Shown piece by piece: positions 1-4,458 of a DNA stretch of 4,458 bases (its first letter is position 1; each line of letters opens with the position of its first letter). The position numbers and the translations under genes were made by a program. The notes under the pieces were generated by a model. It did not search any database, was not told where the DNA came from, and worked only from the letters and a program-made list of their open reading frames with translations. Source of the stretch: a virus (taxonomy: Duplodnaviria > Heunggongvirae > Uroviricota > Caudoviricetes); the IMG/VR virus record IMGVR_UViG_2671180458_000009, one strand, 5' to 3'.

Positions 1-186
1 GAAACCATGGCATTTCTGAACCAGTTAATGCTGTACTTCTGGACGGTGGGCTGTGTTCTGTATCGTCTTTCGGGTGGGTACAGGGCAGTGCGCGATTGCT
101 GGCGCAGGCAGATTGATAAAAGGGCCGCAGAGAAAATCAGCGCCAGTCAGTCAGCCGGAAGCAAACCCGAAGAGCCGCTCATTTAG
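1..186 (+). CDS. Possible 3' end of an upstream gene, or a 59-aa small membrane protein if it starts at ATG 7 (MAFLNQLMLYFWTVGCVLYRLSGGYRAVRDCWRRQIDKRAAEKISASQSAGSKPEEPLI)
   Basis: Frame 1 is open from base 1 to TAG at 184-186. It is absent from the ORF track, probably because it is just under the length cut-off. One hydrophobic helix-like segment (FLNQLMLYFWTVGCVLY) is followed by a basic/charged tail. No upstream context is available to judge a ribosome-binding site. Confidence 0.3.
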   Translation, partial: ETMAFLNQLMLYFWTVGCVLYRLSGGYRAVRDCWRRQIDKRAAEKISASQSAGSKPEEPLI

Positions 187-226
187 CGGCAACTTTCTTA
201 ACAACCCTTTTCAACGAGAAAATCCC

Positions 227-472
227 ATGTCAGAAATCACATCCCTGGTCACTGCAGAGGCAGTGAAGGAAGTCCTGCGCTCTGAAGAAGTCCTGAGCGC
301 ACTGAAACAGAAACTTCGCCATAACCTGGAAGCGCGTCTTGATGCAGAAGTGGATGCCATTCTGGATGAACTGCTGGGCGCACCGGCAGCTCCGGAGCCG
401 GAAGGCATCGCGGGTGAGGGGAGTGCTTCAGATAGCGGTGAACCCGCACCTGACAGCGACATGATGATGTAA
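227..472 (+). CDS. Hypothetical small acidic protein, 82 aa: helical N-terminal part and Asp/Glu/Pro/Gly-rich C-terminal tail ending DSDMMM
   Basis: First ATG of the 53-472 frame lies downstream of the competing frame-1 ORF; a weak GAGA sits ~10 nt upstream. The tail ([29 protein letters not shown]) is strongly acidic and low-complexity. It is co-oriented with, and 76 nt upstream of, the holin. I recognise no family. Confidence 0.45.
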   Translation: MSEITSLVTAEAVKEVLRSEEVLSALKQKLRHNLEARLDAEVDAILDELLGAPAAPEPEGIAGEGSASDSGEPAPDSDMMM

Positions 473-548
473 GCATGCGCAAGGGACCATCGGTGTGTGC
501 CGGTGGTCTTTATATTGTTGTGAGCTTCCGGATTGCGGGAGACGGGGT

Positions 549-764
549 ATGTACCAGATGGAAAAAATCACAACAGGTGTGTCATACACCACGTCAGCGG
601 TGGGAACGGGCTACTGGTTCCTGCAGTTGCTGGACAGGGTTTCCCCGTCTCAGTGGGCGGCAATAGGCGTTCTGGGGAGTCTGCTGTTTGGGCTGCTGAC
701 ATATCTGACGAACCTGTATTTCAAAATCAAAGAGGACCGGCGTAAGGGCGCCCGGGGAGAGTGA
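549..764 (+). CDS. S: Class II holin (pinholin), phage 21 S21-like, 71 aa with an alternative internal start at 558 (68 aa)
   Basis: The translation [71 protein letters not shown] closely matches my recollection of phage 21 S21 (two TMDs, C-terminal KIREDRRKAARGE-like tail). GGGAGA lies 6 nt upstream of ATG 549. Met1 and Met4 form a dual-start motif. The ORF-track start at 495 is an upstream in-frame extension and unlikely to be the real start. Confidence 0.9.
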   Translation: MYQMEKITTGVSYTTSAVGTGYWFLQLLDRVSPSQWAAIGVLGSLLFGLLTYLTNLYFKIKEDRRKGARGE

Positions 765-767
765 ATA

Positions 768-1090
768 ATGAACCATGAAGAAATGAATCAGCGCTTCAGT
801 CGCCTGGAAAATGAAATTGCTGAACTGAATNNNNNNNNNNNNNNNNNNNNNNNNNNNNNNNNNNNNNNNNNNNNNNNAAGAACAATAAAAAACAGGGGCT
901 GATGCAGCGCATTGGTCGTTGCATGGGGTATCTGCAGGTAGCCGCTGAGATTGAAGCGCTGGCCAGTGGTGCGGACAAGGATTCAGTTGTGCGGGAGGCA
1001 CTTCTTCGTGATTTTGATCATCCGCCCTTTAAAAAAGTGCCGGCTTACTGGCTTCATCCCGGACTGACTTATCTGAAAGTGCGTATTTAG
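768..1090 (+). CDS. Uncharacterised protein between holin and endolysin, possibly YdfR/DUF1327-like, ~107 aa; reading frame interrupted by a 47-nt N-run
   Basis: ATG at 768 is 3 nt after the holin stop; 21 codons (MNHEEMNQRFSRLENEIAELN) run exactly to the N-run at 831. After the gap an open frame from 878 (KNNKKQGLMQRIGRCMGYLQVAAEIEALASGADKDSVVREALLRDFDHPPFKKVPAYWLHPGLTYLKVRI) ends at 1090. The two parts are out of frame by 1 with the N length as given, so the N-run is probably a gap or mask of arbitrary length. The same holin/endolysin-flanked position is occupied by ydfR in the E. coli K-12 Qin prophage as I recall; homology is inferred from position and size only. Confidence 0.5.
831..877. 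other. Run of 47 ambiguous bases (assembly gap or masked sequence)
   Basis: Directly visible as n characters in the sequence. It creates artefactual X-containing ORFs on both strands (594-1001 minus, 796-978 minus). Confidence 0.99.
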
Positions 1091-1126
1091 TGGGCCTGGG
1101 ACAGCGGCTGAATATTTAATATATCC

Positions 1127-1660
1127 ATGAACACAAAAATCAAATACGGCCTGTCGGCTGCCGTTCTGGCGTTGATTGCCGCAGGGGCTTCTGCGCCTGA
1201 AATCCTCGACCAGTTTCTGGATGAAAAAGAAGGTAACCACACCACGGCATACCGTGATGGTGTGGGTATCTGGACCATCTGCCGTGGAGCCACCCGGGTG
1301 GATGGTAATCCTGTGATTCCTGGCATGAAGCTGTCGAAGGAAAAATGCGACCAGGTTAACGCCATTGAACGGGATAAGGCGCTGGCATGGGTGGAGAAAA
1401 ACATCAGAGTGCCACTGACTGAACCCCAGAAAGCGGGTATTGCGTCATTCTGTCCTTACAACATTGGCCCGGGTAAGTGTTTCACGTCGACGTTTTATAA
1501 ACGAATTAATGCAGGAGATCGCAGGGGAGTGTGTGAAGCGATTCGCTGGTGGATTAAGGACGGTGGCAGAGACTGCCGTATTCGCTCAAATAACTGTTAT
1601 GGTCAGGTATCCCGTCGTGACCAGGAGAGCGCGCTGGCGTGCTGGGGAATCGACAGATAA
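1127..1660 (+). CDS. R: SAR endolysin, phage 21 R21-like lysozyme (T4-lysozyme / GH24 fold), 177 aa
   Basis: The N-terminal Gly/Ala-rich weakly hydrophobic segment (YGLSAAVLALIAAGASAPEIL) is typical of a signal-anchor-release domain. The catalytic triad spacing E35-(9)-D44-(6)-T50 within EGNHTTAYRDGVGIWT matches T4 lysozyme E11/D20/T26 and R21. Overall it is close to my recollection of E. coli Qin RrrQ (177 aa). An in-frame stop lies immediately upstream of ATG 1127. Confidence 0.93.
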   Translation: MNTKIKYGLSAAVLALIAAGASAPEILDQFLDEKEGNHTTAYRDGVGIWTICRGATRVDGNPVIPGMKLSKEKCDQVNAIERDKALAWVEKNIRVPLTEPQKAGIASFCPYNIGPGKCFTSTFYKRINAGDRRGVCEAIRWWIKDGGRDCRIRSNNCYGQVSRRDQESALACWGIDR

Positions 1661-1858
1661 GCAGAATATTTTGCTGAAAAATGACGTTGGTCAACGCGGA
1701 CGGATAACACGAAATCCTGCGAACTGGCAAAACCTAAGTGAATAAAAGTAAAAAAACCGTTTGTTAGCAGCAGGTGGGGTTTTGTGTTTCCTGACTCCGG
1801 AAAAGTCAAAGGAGAAAGTGTGTTTGATTTTAGCAAACTGATTCGGGAGATTTGAGTG

Positions 1859-1957
1859 ATGGCTGAAAAATTATCCACCTGGAAGTTCATCCTTATCTGG
1901 CTGGTGTTTGTGATTATGGCCCCCGGTTATTTCATCGGTCAGATACGCTGGTGGTGA
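1859..1957 (+). CDS. Candidate 32-aa hydrophobic mini-protein ([32 protein letters not shown]), translationally coupled to Rz
   Basis: ATG at 1859 is preceded by GGGAGA with ~8 nt spacing. A single predicted TM helix has aromatic/basic flanks. The TGA stop at 1955-1957 sits 1 nt before the Rz ATG at 1959. It is too short for the ORF track; coding status is unproven. Confidence 0.35.
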   Translation: MAEKLSTWKFILIWLVFVIMAPGYFIGQIRWW

Positions 1958-1958
1958 A

Positions 1959-2426
1959 ATGAACCGCGTTCTGTGTGTGGTCATCATTGCCCTGCTGGTG
2001 GCCTGTGGTGCGCTTAGTCTGGGGCTGAATCATTACCGCGATAACGCCATCACCTACAAAGAGCAGCGCGATAAAAAAGCCAGAGAGCTGGAGCTGGCAA
2101 ACGCAACCATTACTGATATGCAGCAGCGCCAGCGCGATGTTGCTGCGCTCGATGCAAAATACTCGAGGGAATTAGCCGATGCGAGAGCTGAAAATGAAAC
2201 TCTGCGTGCTGATGTTGCCGCTGGTCGTAAGCGCCTGCGGATCAACGCCACCTGTCCAGGCTCCGTGCGTGAAGCCCCCACCACCTCCGGCGTGGATAAT
2301 GCAACCGGCCCCCGACTGGCAGACACAGTTGAACGGGATTATTTCACCCTCAGAGAGCGGTTGATGATGATGCAGAAGCAGCTGGAAGGGGCGCAGGAAT
2401 ATATCCGCACTCAGTGCCTGAAATAA
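1959..2426 (+). CDS. Rz: Spanin inner-membrane subunit (i-spanin) Rz, 155 aa
   Basis: N-terminal TMD ([18 protein letters not shown]) followed by coiled-coil-like periplasmic sequence. Strong similarity to recalled lambda Rz ([59 protein letters not shown]...[43 protein letters not shown]). Confidence 0.93.
   Translation: MNRVLCVVIIALLVACGALSLGLNHYRDNAITYKEQRDKKARELELANATITDMQQRQRDVAALDAKYSRELADARAENETLRADVAAGRKRLRINATCPGSVREAPTTSGVDNATGPRLADTVERDYFTLRERLMMMQKQLEGAQEYIRTQCLK
2179..2364 (+). CDS. Rz1: Spanin outer-membrane lipoprotein subunit (o-spanin) Rz1, 61 aa, fully embedded in the +1 frame of Rz
   Basis: [61 protein letters not shown] has a lipobox (VVSAC), a proline-rich stretch and the conserved [14 protein letters not shown]...[13 protein letters not shown] motif of lambda Rz1. 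The embedded architecture is the classic lambda arrangement. Confidence 0.9.
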   Translation: MRELKMKLCVLMLPLVVSACGSTPPVQAPCVKPPPPPAWIMQPAPDWQTQLNGIISPSESG

Positions 2427-2678
2427 GTTTTGCTGATGCGCCGTATCGTCGCCGTATTCCCGTATTAACAGAGACCGCAGCCCGACAGGGAGACTCCTCT
2501 GCGAGAGTGTGCGGGGATAATCAAAAACGATACACACCGGGGTTTACCGCGTTAACGGAGCGCGGCGTTGTCCCCTCATAGTCGCCTGTCCGGTGCGATG
2601 GTGGAAGAAACTGGATTTGTTGCAACTGATAACCATTATCATTTTCTCGGGTCCTTTCCGGCATATGGACCCGTTACG

Positions 2679-2690
2679 GGGCGGCGACCT
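2679..2690. promoter_or_regulatory. cosN: 12-nt cohesive-end site GGGCGGCGACCT (terminase nicking site)
   Basis: Exact match to the lambda left cohesive end, followed by CGCGGGTTTTCGCTATTTATGAAAATTTT, which matches the first bases of the lambda genome as I recall them. It lies ~180 bp upstream of Nu1, as in lambda. Confidence 0.85.
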
Positions 2691-2866
2691 CGCGGGTTTT
2701 CGCTATTTATGAAAATTTTTCGGGAAAAAGCATGTCAGTTCTTCTTGTTGTTAACCTATTGTTTTTAAAGAAATAATCATCAAGAAAGAAACGACATCAG
2801 AACGCTGAAAAATCTGTCTTTTTTGGCATTTCATGTCGTAACTGATTTTTGATAAGGAATTGCTGA
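2691..2866 (+). promoter_or_regulatory. cosB-like terminase small-subunit binding region (R3/I1/R2/R1-type elements) between cosN and Nu1
   Basis: Position and length match lambda cosB. Putative R-element relatives: GTTCTTCTTGTTG (~2738-2750, cf. lambda R3 GTTCTTCTTCG), AGAAAGAAACGACAT (~2784-2798, cf. inverted lambda R2 GAAAGGAAACGACAG), CTGTCTTTTTTGG (~2814-2826, cf. R1 CTGTCGTTTCC). An AT-rich segment (TTAACCTATTGTTTTTAAAGAAATAAT) sits in the I1/IHF position. The elements diverge from lambda, in line with a different (21-like) Nu1 specificity. Confidence 0.6.
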
Positions 2867-3415
2867 ATGAATGTTAATAAAAAGAAGCTTGCTGAAATCT
2901 TTAATGTCGATATACGCACTATTGATCGCTGGCAAACTCAGGGGCTCCCTCAGATATCTGGTGGAGGAAAAGGTGTTGAGGTCATCTTTGATTCTGCGAA
3001 GGCGATCGAATGGTATGCTCAGCGCGAAGCTGATATTGAAAATGAAAAACTCCGTAAAGAGGTCGAGGATTTGAGGGCGGCCAGCGAATCAGACCTTCAG
3101 CCCGGCACCATTGATTACGAACGTTACCGACTGACGAAGGCACAGGCAGATGCACAGGAACTGAAAAATGCCCGCGACAGTGGGCAGGTCATTGATACAG
3201 GGTTTTGCCTTTTTGCTCTGGGAAGACTGGCACAGGAGATCTCTGCCATTCTTGACTCCATTCCATTGTCCATGCAGAGACAGTTTCCGGCACTGACGCC
3301 CGCTATGCTTGATTTCCTGAAAACCGATATAGCAAAGGCGGCAAACCGATGCGCATCAACGGCAGAGAAGTTACCGGAGATGCTGGATGAATACCTCAGA
3401 GAAGCAGCTAAATAA
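2867..3415 (+). CDS. Nu1: Terminase small subunit gpNu1 (cos-binding, winged-HTH N-terminus), 182 aa
   Basis: [105 protein letters not shown]... aligns along its length with recalled lambda Nu1 (MEVNKKQLADIFGASIRTIQNWQEQGMPVLRGGGKGNEV...). AAGGA lies 8 nt upstream of the ATG. The 3' end overlaps the A start by 29 nt, as in lambda. Confidence 0.95.
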   Translation: MNVNKKKLAEIFNVDIRTIDRWQTQGLPQISGGGKGVEVIFDSAKAIEWYAQREADIENEKLRKEVEDLRAASESDLQPGTIDYERYRLTKAQADAQELKNARDSGQVIDTGFCLFALGRLAQEISAILDSIPLSMQRQFPALTPAMLDFLKTDIAKAANRCASTAEKLPEMLDEYLREAAK

Positions 3416-4445
3416 CTTTGCTGTTGTTTGTGGAGTGGCACTTCGTGGGCTTTTACGCCCACTGCCTGTAACCACCGTTGAATGGGCCGATCAAAATTAT
3501 TATTTGCCCCCGGAGTCCTCTTATCTTGCTGGGCGGTGGAAGACGTTGCCCTTTCAGGTGGCAATAATGAACTGCATGGGTAATGACCGGATCCGCACAA
3601 TTAATCTTATAAAATCAGCTCGAGTCGGTTACACCAAAATGCTGATGGGCGTTATTGGTTACTTTATTGAGCATAAAAACCGTAACAGTCTTCTGTTTCA
3701 GCCTACGGATTCTGCCGCTGAAGATTTTATGAAGTCTCATGTGGAGTCAACATTACGGGATGTTCCCTGTCTGAAAATTCTTTCCCCTTGGCTGGGGCGT
3801 AAGCACCGGGATAACACACTGACATTAAAAAGATTCACGTCCCGTGTGGGGTTCTGGTGCCTGGGTGGTGCTGCCGCCAAAAACTACCGTGAAAAATCAG
3901 TGGATGTGGTCTGCTATGACGAACTTTCCTCATTCGAGCCGGATGTCGAAAAAGAGGGCTCGCCAACCCTGCTGGGGGATAAGCGTATTGAGGGCTCGGT
4001 ATGGCCAAAATCCATTCGCGGCTCGACGCCAAAAATAAAAGGCTCCTGCCAGATCGAAAAAGCGGCCAACGAGTCGGCACATTTCATGCGTTTTTATGTG
4101 CCCTGCCCGCACTGTGGGGAGGAGCAGTATCTGAAATTTGGCGATGAATCCACGCCTTTTGGCCTTAAATGGGAGAAGGACAGCCCCGAAAGCGTTTTCT
4201 ATCTCTGTGAACATCATGGCTGCGTGATCCATCAGTCTGAGCTTGACCAGAGCAACGGGCGGTGGATCTGTGAAAACACGGGCATGTGGACCCGTGACGG
4301 CCTGACGTTTTTCAGCGCTGCGGGTAATGAAATTCCGCCGCCGCGCTCCATCACTTTCCATATCTGGACGGCGTACAGTCCGTTCACCACCTGGGTACAG
4401 ATAGTCTATGACTGGCTGGATGCACTGAAAGATCGTAAGCGTTAA
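3387..4445 (+). CDS. A: Terminase large subunit gpA, N-terminal 352 aa only (ATPase region with Walker [10 protein letters not shown] and [10 protein letters not shown]); ends at TAA 4443-4445, possible truncated gene or pseudogene
   Basis: Collinear with recalled lambda gpA from residue 1 (MN..., [96 protein letters not shown]). After IVYDWL the sequence diverges from lambda (IVKDWMKTKGDTGKRK...) and hits a stop 13 nt before the window ends. Lambda gpA is 641 aa as I recall. Confidence 0.88.
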   Translation: MNTSEKQLNNFAVVCGVALRGLLRPLPVTTVEWADQNYYLPPESSYLAGRWKTLPFQVAIMNCMGNDRIRTINLIKSARVGYTKMLMGVIGYFIEHKNRNSLLFQPTDSAAEDFMKSHVESTLRDVPCLKILSPWLGRKHRDNTLTLKRFTSRVGFWCLGGAAAKNYREKSVDVVCYDELSSFEPDVEKEGSPTLLGDKRIEGSVWPKSIRGSTPKIKGSCQIEKAANESAHFMRFYVPCPHCGEEQYLKFGDESTPFGLKWEKDSPESVFYLCEHHGCVIHQSELDQSNGRWICENTGMWTRDGLTFFSAAGNEIPPPRSITFHIWTAYSPFTTWVQIVYDWLDALKDRKR

Positions 4446-4458
4446 CGGAGTGCCGTAT

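Noticed and set aside
211-482. Minus-strand ORFs 211-462 and 249-482
   Set aside because: Both lie antisense to the + strand 227-472 ORF and are Ser/Ala/Arg- or Pro/His-rich low-complexity translations typical of the antisense frame of a GC-rich coding region, with no start context.
495-548. Upstream in-frame extension of the holin ORF (start at 495, [18 protein letters not shown]...)
   Set aside because: The extension is Cys/Arg-rich and has no counterpart in S21-family holins. A good ribosome-binding site (GGGAGA) precedes ATG 549, and homology begins at [10 protein letters not shown].
594-1001. Minus-strand ORFs 594-1001 and 796-978 containing X residues
   Set aside because: Both are read through the N-run and overlap the holin and the holin-endolysin intergenic ORF on the opposite strand; they are artefacts of the gap.
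983-1404. Minus-strand ORFs 983-1240 and 1087-1404
   Set aside because: Antisense to the endolysin and the upstream ORF; no independent support.
1440-1745. + strand ORF 1440-1745 in an alternative frame
   Set aside because: About 70% of it overlaps the well-supported endolysin in another frame; the Arg-rich translation has no recognisable features.
1825-1856. Possible sigma70-like promoter (TTGATT ... ) upstream of the mini-ORF, and a TATATT hexamer at 512-517 upstream of the holin
   Set aside because: Spacing and hexamer matches are weak, and late genes in lambdoid phages are normally read through from an upstream antiterminated late promoter; not supportable from sequence alone.
1603-1890. 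Minus-strand 95-aa ORF spanning the endolysin-Rz spacer
   Set aside because: It overlaps the endolysin 3' end and the candidate mini-ORF start, and has no obvious ribosome-binding site or recognisable domain. Not fully excluded as the true coding content of the spacer, so it is noted under the spacer finding.
2054-2537. Minus-strand ORFs 2054-2326 and 2172-2537 over Rz/Rz1
   Set aside because: Antisense to the strongly supported Rz/Rz1 pair; the region already carries two overlapping + strand genes with clear homology.
2550-2561. 12-mer GCGTTAACGGAG repeated at 2550-2561 and 4438-4449 (the terminase truncation point)
   Set aside because: A single exact 12-mer repeat in a 4.4-kb window is within chance expectation and the flanks do not extend the match, so I do not treat it as a recombination junction without more sequence.
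2568-2768. + strand 66-aa ORF spanning cosN and cosB
   Set aside because: It runs straight across the conserved cos site, which is non-coding in lambda, and the translation is not protein-like.
2871-3074. + strand 67-aa ORF in an alternative frame inside Nu1
   Set aside because: Fully nested within Nu1, whose frame is supported by homology along its length.
3124-4361. Minus-strand ORFs 3124-3600, 3835-4080, 3930-4361 and + strand 3844-4038
   Set aside because: All lie within the homology-supported Nu1 and gpA frames in other frames or antisense; no independent evidence.

Overview
This window is a contiguous late-gene block of a lambdoid (phage 21 / Qin-type) enterobacterial phage or prophage, all on the + strand. 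In order: a possible small membrane ORF or upstream gene tail (1-186); an 82-aa acidic hypothetical protein (227-472); an S21-like pinholin (549-764); an uncharacterised ORF between holin and endolysin, broken by a 47-nt N-run (768-1090); an R21-like SAR endolysin with the E35/D44/T50 triad (1127-1660); a ~200-bp non-coding spacer plus a 32-codon hydrophobic mini-ORF (1859-1957); Rz i-spanin (1959-2426) with Rz1 o-spanin embedded in the +1 frame (2179-2364); a lambda-type cos site with cosN GGGCGGCGACCT at 2679-2690 and a cosB-like region; terminase small subunit Nu1 (2867-3415); and the N-terminal 352 codons of terminase large subunit gpA (3387-4445), which stops far short of the 641 aa I recall for lambda gpA. 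All homology statements rest on recalled lambda, phage 21 and E. coli K-12 prophage sequences, not on a search. I see no CRISPR array, tRNA, rRNA or recognisable defence system. Nothing here clearly amounts to a new system; the only candidates for undescribed biology are the small accessory ORFs inside and beside the lysis cassette, and the terminase truncation.
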